Shown: positions 16,071 to 24,224, counted from the stretch's first letter. The stretch: 24,414 nt of DNA from Longivirga aurantiaca (GCF_042660085.1 NZ_JBHSTI010000015.1:1-24414), one strand, 5' to 3'. Numbers and translations are program-made. Notes: a model not told the origin generated them from the letters alone.

Positions 16071-16949
16071 GTGCTTGACGGGGCGGAGGGCATCCGACGC
16101 GTCGGCGTCGTCGGCAGCGGAATGATGGGATCCGGCATCGCTGAGGTCTGCGCCCGTGCCGGATACAAGGTCAGCGTGTACGACCTCACGCCCGAGTCCG
16201 CCGAGGCTGGTCTCGAGCGAATCCAGCGGTCGCTCCTCCGGGCCGAGAGAGCAGGAAAGGTCACCACCGAAGCTCGGATGTCAGCTCTGGGCCGGATCAA
16301 TGTGCATACGGACCTATGGCGCCTCGAGGGCAGTGACCTTGTCATCGAGGCGGCGACCGAGAACGAGCAGCTGAAGCTGGAGATTTTTCGGAAGCTAGAC
16401 GAGGTCGTCACGTCCACCGATGCCATTCTCGCCAGCAACACGTCCTCGATTCCGATCATGAACATCGCCATGGCGACAAGCCGTCCTGAGCACGTTATCG
16501 GAGTTCACTTCTTCAATCCGGCGACGATTCTCGATCTGGTTGAGATCGTGCCCTCACTCCTCACGGCTCCAAAGGTGATCGACCGAGCGAGCATTTTCGT
16601 GACTGCTGCCCTGAGCAAGACCGTCATCCGGGCGCCGGATCGCGCTGGGTTCATTGTGAACTTCCTTATCGTCCCCTACCTGCTTGCAGCCATACGCATG
16701 TACGAATCGGGCTTCGCCGCAGCAGAGGATGTTGACCGCGGAATGGTGTTGGGTTGCGGTCATCCGATGGGCCCGCTTCGGCTGGCGGATCTCATCGGCC
16801 TCGACACCGTAAGCGCCATTGCGCATGCGATGTACCTGGAGCACAAGGAGCCGTTGTACTCGTCGCCGCCTCTGCTTCAGCGCATGGTTTCTGCCGGTCT
16901 GGTCGGACGGAAGGTTGGTCGCGGCTTCTATGCCTACCCAGAGCCTTAG
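16071..16949 (+). CDS. 3-hydroxybutyryl-CoA / 3-hydroxyacyl-CoA dehydrogenase (NAD-dependent, Hbd/PaaH type)
   Basis: RRVGVVGSGMMGSGIAEVCARAG (Rossmann fold), EAATENEQLKLEIF, ASNTSS, GVHFFNP, DRAGFIVN, GHPMGPLRLADLIGLD, GRKVGRGFY. The start is uncertain: GTG 16071 or 16062 give a normal N-terminus, and the ORF is open from ATG 15963. Confidence 0.85.
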   Translation: MLDGAEGIRRVGVVGSGMMGSGIAEVCARAGYKVSVYDLTPESAEAGLERIQRSLLRAERAGKVTTEARMSALGRINVHTDLWRLEGSDLVIEAATENEQLKLEIFRKLDEVVTSTDAILASNTSSIPIMNIAMATSRPEHVIGVHFFNPATILDLVEIVPSLLTAPKVIDRASIFVTAALSKTVIRAPDRAGFIVNFLIVPYLLAAIRMYESGFAAAEDVDRGMVLGCGHPMGPLRLADLIGLDTVSAIAHAMYLEHKEPLYSSPPLLQRMVSAGLVGRKVGRGFYAYPEP

Positions 16950-16974
16950 CCAACTGGGCGCGCTCGAGTGAGTT

Positions 16975-17000
16975 CGAAGGGGAAGTTCTCGGCTCCTTCG
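16975..17000 (+). terminator. Possible stem-loop terminator after hbd (no U-tract)
   Basis: CGAAGGGG (16975-16982), a 10-nt loop, then CTCCTTCG (16993-17000). This gives 8 bp including one G-U pair, 25 nt after the hbd stop. It lacks a T-run, so it is weak. Confidence 0.3.
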
Positions 17001-17753
17001 ACCTCGGAGTGATCCTCGGTAGCAGTCTCGACAACGATGCCGGCGTAGACCGAAGACGATGGTGAACCGACACTTGACCCTGAGCATCGCTGACCGGGCC
17101 GACGAGATTGAATACACGCTCATGGCGATGGGTCGAGGCGCTCTACTGTCGTGGTGACCAAGAGCTCTTCTATCCGCGATGTCCGGCGAGCAATGGCGTG
17201 GTCAATGCTGATGAGTTGCCCCCGGTGTTCGTCGTCCCGTCCAGCCAGGTTGCGCCGGTTGCACCGCTGCGGTAAGCGGCTTGGGGCGATGGGTTGAAGC
17301 CTCACCCACGCTTGTCGCGCGCAGGGCTGCATCCCAGCCTCGGTGTAAGCGACCACGACGGGGGGCGTAGCTTCGCCTTGATCGCCGCCAAGCCTTCAAG
17401 TGAGGAACCCACGTCCGTGTCGTAGGAGTGTCGCCGACCCGAACCTGACTTCGACAGCGGTTACGAGGTCACTTGGAGCACCGTGCACGACCGCCCGGTT
17501 CGCGAACAGCGCGATCAACACCGCGGTCTGCCCCCGGATCCAACCGGCGGCCGCCGATCGCTTCGGTAATCGCGGTGCCGAAGGCTAGGGGCGCGGTCCC
17601 ACGTCTGGCTTCACAAACACGCCGCGCACAGCGACCGCGACCCCAGCAACCGCCGGGGACTCCCCAATTCCGCCACCTGGGTCCGTCGCCGTGCGCAGGG
17701 GTCGCGGCACCGAAATCAGCGCCATCCAGATCAGCCCACGGTACTGACCGGAT

Positions 17754-17978
17754 TCAACCGATCGTCGCACCACCGGCTTCTTGCAGCGACTGTAGAAGTT
17801 CTTCGAAGGCCTCGGCGGGTGTCTTCCATCCGAGGATCTTGCGAGGCTTGCCGTTGATGGCGGCGGCGACAGCCTGGATCTCCTCGTTGCTCCAGCGCGA
17901 TAGGTCGGTGCCCTTGGGGAAGTACTGGCGCAGCAGCCCGTTGGTGTTCTCATTGTCGGCGACGGGCGAAAGCTGGTC
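17754..17978 (-). pseudogene. IS30-family transposase, C-terminal fragment
   Basis: The minus strand reads ...SPVADNENTNGLLRQYFPKGTDLSRWSNEEIQAVAAAINGKPRKILGWKTPAEAFEELLQSLQEAGGATIG*. NENTNGLLRQYFPKGTDLS is the conserved IS30 C-terminal signature. Stop at 17754-17756. Confidence 0.8.
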
Positions 17979-18016
17979 ACTATCGACGCTCGAAAAGTGA
18001 ACAGGTGCGGGGCAGT

Positions 18017-18848
18017 CTAGGTCGGGTTGTCGTCGGTGGTGATGCGGGTGCTGGGGAGGCTGTCGAGGTCTCGTCCGCGCACGCGGTAGCTGGCGCCTTT
18101 GAGGGTCAGGACGTCGGCGTGGTGGACGAGGCGGTCGATCATGGCTGCGGCGACGACGTCATTCGCCGAACACCTCGCCCCACCGTCCGAAGGGCTTGTC
18201 GCTGGTCACCGATCAGCGAGGCTCGTTCGTAGCGGGACGAGACGAGCTGGAAGAAAACAGGTTCGCAGCTTCGGGCTCGAACGGGATGTAGCCGACCTCG
18301 TCGACGATCAGCAGCGGGTAGCGGCCCAGGCGTCGCAGTTCGTCCTGCAGGCGGCCGGCGTGGTGGGCGTCGGCGAGGCGGGCGACCCTTTCCGCGGCGG
18401 TCGCGAACAGGACCCGGTGCCCGGCCTGGCAGGCCCGGATCCCGAGGCCGATCGCGAGGTGGGTCTTCCCGGTCCCGGGCGGTCCGAGGAACACGACGTT
18501 CTCCCGTGCGGCGACGAAGTCCAGGGTCCCGAGGTGGGCGATCTGGTCGCGTTTGGGGGACCGGGCATGGTCGAAGTCGAACTCCTCGAGGGCCTTCCGT
18601 GACGGGAACCTCGCAGCTCTCACCCTGCCTTCGCCGCCGTGGGATTCCCGGGCGGAGACCTCGCGTTGCAGGCAGGCGGCGAGGAACTCCTCATGGGTCC
18701 AGGACTCCGCCCGTGCCCGCTCGGCGAGCCGGTCGACTGCTTCACGCAGCGACGGGGCCTTGAGCGCGCGGGTCAGGAACACCAGCTCAGCGCTGACATC
18801 ACGCCCGGTCCGAGGTGTCGCCGCGGTGGCGGTTCGCGCGGCCATCAC
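18017..18848 (-). pseudogene. istB: IstB-like ATPase with multiple frameshifts
   Basis: The 211-aa ORF carries Walker A GPPGTGKT and Walker B LLIVDEVG but ends prematurely (..ANLFSSSSSRPATNEPR*). The expected continuation is found only by changing frame three times: LFFQLVSSRYERASLI, then VTSDKPFGRWGEVFG, then DVVAAAMIDRLVHHADVLTLKGASYRVRGRDLDSLPSTRITTDDNPT*. Shifts lie near 18240, 18215 and 18165; the original stop is at 18017-18019. Confidence 0.85.
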
Positions 18849-20083
18849 GCGACCGCCTCGGTCAGCCCGAACACGGTGTCGTAGCCGGACAGGGGCCGCT
18901 GCTCGACCTCACCGGTGACCTACGGGACAGCGACCCGGGACCGGGTCTGGCGCATCACGGCCGCCGCGGCGGCGTGCTCGGGGTCGGTGATGGACTGGTG
19001 GTCCGCCCAAGCGCGGGCATGGTCCGCGACGACCTTCCCACCGCAGGTCACCACCACCCGGTCCAGGTCAGCGATGACCTCGACGCGGCGACCGATCACC
19101 GAGGGGTGCACGGAGTAGTCGTTGGAGTCGATGCGGACGTAGTGGTCGCGCGGCAGCCGCACCGAAGCCCACCACCCGATCACCGGCGCCACCGGTGGCA
19201 GGGCGAGCATCGCGGCACGGTCCGCTTCCCACCGTTGCACCGGGCGGCAGCCCAGAGCCCGATGCCGGCGCTGGTTGGCGCGGGTGGTCAGCCAGGAGCT
19301 GAACTGCTCGTTGAAGTCCTGTGGCGAGGTGAACGACCGCCCGGGCAGGAACGACGTCTCGTAGTAGCCGTTGCCCCGTTCGACCAGGCCCTTGGCCTCG
19401 GGGTCGTTCGGCTTGCACTGGTGCACCGCGATGCCCAGCACCCCGCGGAACACCTCGATGTCCTCCGCGAGCTTGGGCTTCCCCGAGCGCCACGACCCGA
19501 CCGCGCCCTCGTTGTCCCAGACCAGCTCGCGCGGGACAGCGCCGATCCGCTCGAGCAGCTCCCAGTGCCCCGCGATCAGGTCCGGGGCCTGCCGCGCGGG
19601 GATCATCAACCCGTGCGACATCCGCGAGTAACCCGCGACTGTCACCAGCACCGGCAGACGACCGACCTGGCCATGCCCGAGCGGGATGTCCACCGGCGGG
19701 AACCACAGGTCGCACTGCATCCGATGCCCGGGCTCATACGAGGTCCGCGACGCCGGGTCCGGCGGCAGATAGAACGGGCGCAGCACCCAGACCCGGTCCT
19801 TGAGGATCGTGATCGAGTGCGACCAGCCGATCCGCTCCGCGATCACCGTCGCCGGCATCGTCGGAGTCGCCGCCAGCAGCTCCCGGATCCGCGGCTCGAC
19901 CGCATCGACCAGCGACCCCCGCGGAGGACGTTCGTACTTCGGCGGCGCGTCCCGCCGCAACGCCGCCCTCACCGTGTTCTTCGAGCACCCCAACCTCGAA
20001 GCGATCACCTTGATCGGCATCCCCTCGCTGCGGTGCAACCGACGAATCTCGGCCCAGTCCTCCATGCTCTTCACACTCCACAC
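18845..20083 (-). pseudogene. istA: IstA IS21 transposase with an in-frame premature TAG
   Basis: The 387-aa ORF has an N-terminal HTH (MEDWAEIRRLHRSEGMPIKVIASRLGCSKNTVRAAL) and a DDE core (QCDLW..., VWDNEGAV..., KPNDPEAKGLVERGNGY). It stops at TAG 18920-18922. The same frame continues 24 codons (VTGEVEQRPLSGYDTVFGLTEAVA) to TGA 18845-18847, which overlaps the istB ATG. Confidence 0.85.
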
Positions 20084-20092
20084 GATCTCGGA

Positions 20093-20131
20093 GGGGGTCA
20101 GTTTTCGGACGACGCCAGGGGGTCAGTTTTC
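20093..20131. repeat. Subterminal direct repeats of the IS21 left end (putative IstA binding sites)
   Basis: GGGGGTCAGTTTTC occurs twice, at 20093-20106 and 20118-20131, between the istA start and the element tip. This is typical of the multi-repeat ends of IS21-family elements. Confidence 0.6.
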
Positions 20132-20147
20132 ACCCGTCGTCGACACA

Positions 20148-20615
20148 GCTTGCTGTTGGCGACCATCTTCGCGACCTTAGGACGGCGCGCTCGACGCTCG
20201 GCGTGCCACTGCGCCACCGTCGCCCGATACTCCGCCTGCGACGAGCGGCTCGACGCGCCCCGACGCAGCTCTCGCGAGATCGTCGACGGATCACGACCCA
20301 GACGCCGAGCGACTCGCGAGCGCTGACCTTCTGGGCATGCCAGATCGCGATGTCCTCCCGCTCAGCGAACGACAGGTAACGGCCCGACACCTCGACAGGC
20401 AGACAAGGATTCACCCCGCCAGCGTGACGAAACCAGCGATAGCCGACCGGCTCGGACACGCCAGCCTCACTCGCAGCCACGTCGGTCTTCACGCCGCGAG
20501 CAACAGCCGCCCAGAACCTGACCCGATCCTCCCGCCACGCCACCGACGGGCGGCCCGGTGACGCGATCTGCCCTCGATAGGCACGCACCCGCTTCTGACG
20601 CGGGGTTGTTCCCAT
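20148..20615 (-). pseudogene. IS30-family transposase, N-terminal fragment with a frameshift
   Basis: From ATG 20613-20615: MGTTPRQKRVRAYRGQIASPGRPSVAWREDRVRFWAAVARGVKTDVAASEAGVSEPVGYRWFRHAGGVNP...YLSFAEREDIAIWHAQKVSARE. The expected (I)ARRLGRDPSTISRELRRGASSRSSQAEYRATVAQWHAERRARRPKVAKMVANSKL is read only after a -1 slip near 20325. The fragment ends at the IS21 tip. About 200 aa of the catalytic core are absent between this fragment and the C-terminal one. Confidence 0.75.
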
Positions 20616-20937
20616 CGCCCCACCGCTCCATCGAGGTGTTGCGACGACGAGTTGAATCCACCCTGAATACCTGGCTGATTGTGCACGACTGCACCTGTTC
20701 GCGTCGTGTAGGCAGGCACAGTTGTCCATTGATCCGCGGTCCAGGCTCGCGAATGATCTGAGGGCAGCCACGTGCTGGGTGCCGCCGGTTGGCGAACGCG
20801 GTCTGGGAAGCGTCACGCGAAGGAGTCCTTCCCAGTGTCACGGAGCCACAGCCACGCTGTCGAACTACGAAGGCAATGCAGCAGTCCGCGCGCAAGCGAT
20901 ATGAACACGCTCAGGACGATTCGGACCAAGGAGTCTC

Positions 20938-21726
20938 ATGCCAGCCCTCGCACTCACGTCGCGTCTCGCAGACCGCACTGCCGTAGTGACGGGAGCCGCT
21001 TCCGGTAACGGTCTCGGGATCGCTCAGAGGCTCCTCGCGGAAGGTGCGTCGGTCGTCTTCGTCGATCGTGACGCCGCGACGCTCAGCGAGGTTGTCCCGA
21101 ACGGAGATCAGAAGGCACTGGCTGTCGTCGCTGACGTCACCGATGCCGACAGCCTTCACGACATGGTCGAGTCCGTGATCGAGGCGTTTGGGTCTCTGGA
21201 CGTTCTCGTCAACAACGCCGGCATCGTGCGCTTCTCCGACTTCGACGACCTCGGTCTCGCTGAGTGGGAAGAGGTATTTCGGGTGAATTCAACCGGAGCA
21301 TTCCTGGCGGCGAAGGCCGCCGTCCCGGCGATGAAGAAGTCCCTCGCCAGCCGTGCCGGCACCGGCGCGATCGTGAACATCACGTCAACGGAAGCCCATG
21401 TAGTTCTCGCAAGCTCCGGCCACCCTCAGGTTCACTACAACGCCTCCAAGGGTGCCCTACACATGCTCAACCAAGGGCTCGCCATTGAACTGGGCTCAGA
21501 CCGAATTCGCGTGAACGCTGTTGCACCAGGCATCGTCGAGACGCCTTTCACGGCTCGAGCGATGCAGAACGAGAAGCTGCTGAACTGGTATCTCGAACGA
21601 ATCCCGCTAGGCCGCGTGGCGAAGCCCCAGGACGTAGCTGCAGCGGTCGCCTACCTTGCCTCGGAGGATGCCTCCTACGTCACTGGTACGACGATCTTCG
21701 TCGATGGGGGATGGACCGCACAGTAA
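20938..21726 (+). CDS. Short-chain dehydrogenase/reductase (classical SDR)
   Basis: VVTGAASGNGLG (TGxxxGxG), NNAG, the ITSTEA serine, YNASK (YxxxK) and PGIVETP. AAGGAG RBS before ATG 20938. Confidence 0.9.
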   Translation: MPALALTSRLADRTAVVTGAASGNGLGIAQRLLAEGASVVFVDRDAATLSEVVPNGDQKALAVVADVTDADSLHDMVESVIEAFGSLDVLVNNAGIVRFSDFDDLGLAEWEEVFRVNSTGAFLAAKAAVPAMKKSLASRAGTGAIVNITSTEAHVVLASSGHPQVHYNASKGALHMLNQGLAIELGSDRIRVNAVAPGIVETPFTARAMQNEKLLNWYLERIPLGRVAKPQDVAAAVAYLASEDASYVTGTTIFVDGGWTAQ

Positions 21727-21817
21727 GCCCCGTGGCCGAGATGAAGTCACCGCGCCGGGTATCACGCCAGTTTGGGAGTTCCCACCCGACGGCGAGTAAC
21801 GGACTTGAGGAGTTGGC

Positions 21818-22594
21818 ATGAGGTTGGCGCCCCCGCGTCGGCCGCGAGTCGGCATCACCGCCGAGGAGCGGCGGGTCGATCTAAGCGTACTGGTCGAAGA
21901 TTGTGTCGTCGTTGCGCAGCAGTACGCACACGCGGTGTGGGACGCGGGCGGTATGCCCGTCATTCTCCCTGTTCTCACGCCCGACGACGCGGATGAGATC
22001 GTGGCTGAGCTCGATGGATTGCTCTTGACAGGCGGCGGCGACGTTGAGCCAGGCATCTACGGCGAACAGTGGCACGACGCGACCTACGGAGTAGTGGGTG
22101 AGCGAGACGCATTCGAGATCGCACTGGTGCGCGCGGTCGTCCGTCTACAACGACCAGCCCTGGGCATCTGCCGTGGGCTGCAGCTGCTCAACGTCGCACA
22201 CGGCGGTACTCTCGACCGGCACGTCTCGACCGACCAGATCGAACACTGGCAACCTGGTTTTGCCCCCGCCCATGCGGTGACAATTGCCGAAGGGTCTCGC
22301 TTGGGCGAGATCTATGGCGCTGGTGAACGACTCGTGAACTCGTTCCACCACCAGGCGGCCCAGACTCTGGGTGAGCGACTCTGCGTTACCGCTGTCTCAA
22401 CCGATGGCACTATCGAAGCTCTCGAGGCGACCAACGTCGACAGCTGGCTTGTAGGCGTACAGTGGCACCCTGAACGGCCGTGGCGGAAGACATCAGCGGA
22501 TCTTCCGCTGTTCGAGGCACTTGTCGCCGAAGCGCGACGCAGTCGACAGGACAGTCACCGCGACGGAACAGACGACGGCCGACGGACAGCCTGA
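21818..22594 (+). CDS. PuuD-like gamma-glutamyl-gamma-aminobutyrate hydrolase / peptidase C26, catalytic triad motifs intact
   Basis: LLLTGGGDVEP, ERDAFEIALV, ALGICRGLQLLNVAHGG (nucleophile Cys present) and VGVQWHPE. GAGGAG RBS before ATG 21818. It lies 91 bp downstream of the SDR on the same strand. Confidence 0.85.
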   Translation: MRLAPPRRPRVGITAEERRVDLSVLVEDCVVVAQQYAHAVWDAGGMPVILPVLTPDDADEIVAELDGLLLTGGGDVEPGIYGEQWHDATYGVVGERDAFEIALVRAVVRLQRPALGICRGLQLLNVAHGGTLDRHVSTDQIEHWQPGFAPAHAVTIAEGSRLGEIYGAGERLVNSFHHQAAQTLGERLCVTAVSTDGTIEALEATNVDSWLVGVQWHPERPWRKTSADLPLFEALVAEARRSRQDSHRDGTDDGRRTA

Positions 22595-22845
22595 GCGCGT
22601 GCGGTTCCTGGGGGTCATGCGACTGTTCGGCAAGAAAGTCCTGAGTCCGTCATCACCGCCACCCGTGCCATGCGCGGCCTGCCCCGTTACTTGACGGCCC
22701 ATCATGACCCCTTCCTCGGGTGCATCACGCAAGTTCAGGGTGTCCACCGAAGGGGATCAACAGCACACCCACGATGAAGCGCGCGATCGGGGCTGTGGGC
22801 GAGAACCGGGTCGGGTGCGCCTCCGAGCCGACCGGGCCCCGCGGC

Positions 22846-23373
22846 TCACAGGTCCAGGGCTCGTCCCGGTTCCCACAGCACATCTCCGAGGTGCCGGTTC
22901 GTGTACCGGGCCAGGACGAACACCAGATCGCTGACGCGGTTCAGGTAGTTCGCGGCAAGCACGTTCACACCTGATCCGTGCTCGTCGATCGCCGCCCATG
23001 TCGAGCGTTCGGCTCGCCGGGTCACGGTGCAGGCGACGTGGATCGCGGCTCCGGCCGGCGTGCCGCCTCGCAGGACGAAGGAGCTCAGCTCCGGCAAGGG
23101 CGCGTTGAACGTGTCGCACAACCGTTCGAGCCGCTGGATGCAGGCGGGCTCGATCCTGAGGTGCGACGTCGTGTCCGCCTCGTCGACGGGCCGGCACAGG
23201 TCCGCCCCGACATCGAACAGCTCGTTCTGAATCTGGCGCAGCACATCGGCGACGTCCGGTTCGATGCCGCCGAAGCCCCCCAGGGAGATCGCAAGCCCGA
23301 TGTGGCTGTTGGCCTCGTCCACATCGGCGTAGGCCTGAAGACGCGAGTCCAGCTTGGAAGGCCTGGAATCGGA
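22846..23373 (-). pseudogene. Second PduO-type adenosyltransferase copy, N-terminally decayed
   Basis: Roughly 70% identical by eye to the 15321-15899 product from LQAYADVDEANSHIG to DVLWEPG. Upstream of SRPSKLDSRLQAY there is an in-frame TAG (23374-23376). The region that should encode the ATP-binding IYTRTGDGGQT motif is recognisable at DNA level but no longer translates. Confidence 0.75.
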
Positions 23374-23666
23374 CTATCCGCAAGTACCCAATAGTGCCTC
23401 TGACCTGCGGTTATGCAATGTGATCTTGACCGTGACAACTCGCGACTGTCCCTACGTTTCCGTGGCTACGGACACGATAGGGACACCAGAGACACGTTTC
23501 GATGGGGCCGCGGGGGGTCATCGAGGCCGAGCCAGCCAGGCCGGATGCGGCGCGGGGGTGTCCCCGTTGACGCGGATGGCTGGTCCGTCGCTTCCTTCTC
23601 GTCACTGCCGGCCGAGCCCGCTAACGCGCCTCGTCACGTGACGGGGTTGCTCAGGTGCGTAGGGAC

Positions 23667-23930
23667 TCAGCGGTCGTAGACCTCGCGGCGATGTGCGACT
23701 CGCAGGACGAGGACCAGGAGTCGGTCGTCCTCGATCGCGTAGACGATGCGGTAGTCGCCGACCCGAACGCGCCACCGTCCCTGCTGGCCACCGCGGAGCA
23801 TCTTCGCCCCCGGAGGTCGGGGATCGACGCTGAGCAGTTCGATCGCGCCTGCGATGCGTAGCCGGTTCGCCTTCTCCAGCTTGGCGAGGGCCTTGGCAGC
23901 GGACGTGGAGATCTCGATCGTGTAGGTCAT
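23667..23930 (-). CDS. RelE/ParE-family type II toxin
   Basis: 87 aa: MTYTIEISTSAAKALAKLEKANRLRIAGAIELLSVDPRPPGAKMLRGGQQGRWRVRVGDYRIVYAIEDDRLLVLVLRVAHRREVY. The WR.RVGDYR..Y.I.D....V..V.HRREVY pattern is typical of the family. The ATG overlaps the antitoxin stop (ATGA at 23927-23930). Confidence 0.85.
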   Translation of the reverse strand: MTYTIEISTSAAKALAKLEKANRLRIAGAIELLSVDPRPPGAKMLRGGQQGRWRVRVGDYRIVYAIEDDRLLVLVLRVAHRREVYDR

Positions 23931-24187
23931 GCGAGGCCGAGGTCGGCCTTGACCTGGGCCCAGGGGATCGTCGGGGCGCCGGCCATGATGACGGCCATCA
24001 CGGCGTCCGACGCAGCGAGGTCCTGGGCGTCCTCGTCGGCGTCCAGCAGGCGCTCGTACTCGGCTGTGCTGATCACGACGGCCTGGCGGTGGCCGCGCTT
24101 GGTCAGGAACACCGGCTCGTGCGCCGATGTCTCCACGAGCTCGCTGAAGCGCTCGCGCGCCTCGGTGACGGGCATGTCGGTGGCCAT
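23927..24187 (-). CDS. Phd/YefM-family type II antitoxin
   Basis: 86 aa: MATDMPVTEARERFSELVETSAHEPVFLTKRGHRQAVVISTAEYERLLDADEDAQD... The N-terminal pattern is typical Phd/YefM. It lies upstream of, and overlaps, the toxin gene. Confidence 0.85.
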   Translation of the reverse strand: MATDMPVTEARERFSELVETSAHEPVFLTKRGHRQAVVISTAEYERLLDADEDAQDLAASDAVMAVIMAGAPTIPWAQVKADLGLA

Positions 24188-24190
24188 ACG

Positions 24191-24222
24191 TCAAATGTAC
24201 AACGCAGGAGTCAAACTGTACA
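24191..24222 (-). promoter_or_regulatory. Candidate TA operator: two TGTACA cores
   Basis: TCAAATGTACA (24191-24201) and TCAAACTGTACA (24211-24222) lie immediately upstream of the antitoxin start. The TGTACA cores at 24196-24201 and 24217-24222 are 21 bp apart. A TGTACA core is the known YefM operator motif in E. coli. Confidence 0.5.
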
Positions 24223-24224
24223 TC

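Larger units (their letters stand above)
17979..20147 (-). mobile_element. IS21-family insertion sequence (istA-istB), both genes inactivated
   Basis: The upstream end (reverse complement from 20147) is TGTGTCGACGACGGGTGAAAACTGACCCCCTGGCGTCGTCCGAAAACTGACCCCC, with a repeated subterminal motif. The other end near 17981 (TATCGACGCTCGAAAAGTGAACAGG) is only loosely similar. The element contains istA and istB with the typical TGATG stop/start overlap at 18843-18847. Confidence 0.7.
17726..20685 (-). mobile_element. IS30-family element remnant, internally deleted and interrupted by an IS21-family element (boundaries approximate)
   Basis: Transposase N- and C-terminal fragments lie on either side of the IS21 copy. 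The ends show an imperfect inverted repeat: 17728-17758 AGATCAGCCCACGGTACTGACCGGATTCAAC against the reverse complement of 20651-20683, CACAATCAGCCAGGTATTCAGGGTGGATTCAAC. Shared blocks are ATCAGCC, GGTA and GGATTCAAC. Confidence 0.45.

Noticed and set aside
17353-17427. Minus-strand peptide SYDTDVGSSLEGLAAIKAKLRPPSW, resembling the crotonase C-terminal S.D..EG..AF.EKR.P.W motif; this would be the enoyl-CoA hydratase missing from the pathway
   Set aside because: Only about 25 residues match. A stop lies 13 codons upstream and the frame ends soon after. No other crotonase motifs were found by eye in 16950-17725. At best it is a badly decayed pseudogene, so it is not reportable as a feature. A tblastn with crotonase queries could test it.
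18815-20326. 503-aa plus-strand ORF
   Set aside because: It is antisense to the recognisable istA transposase. Its Arg/Pro/His-rich composition carries no motifs, so it is a shadow ORF.
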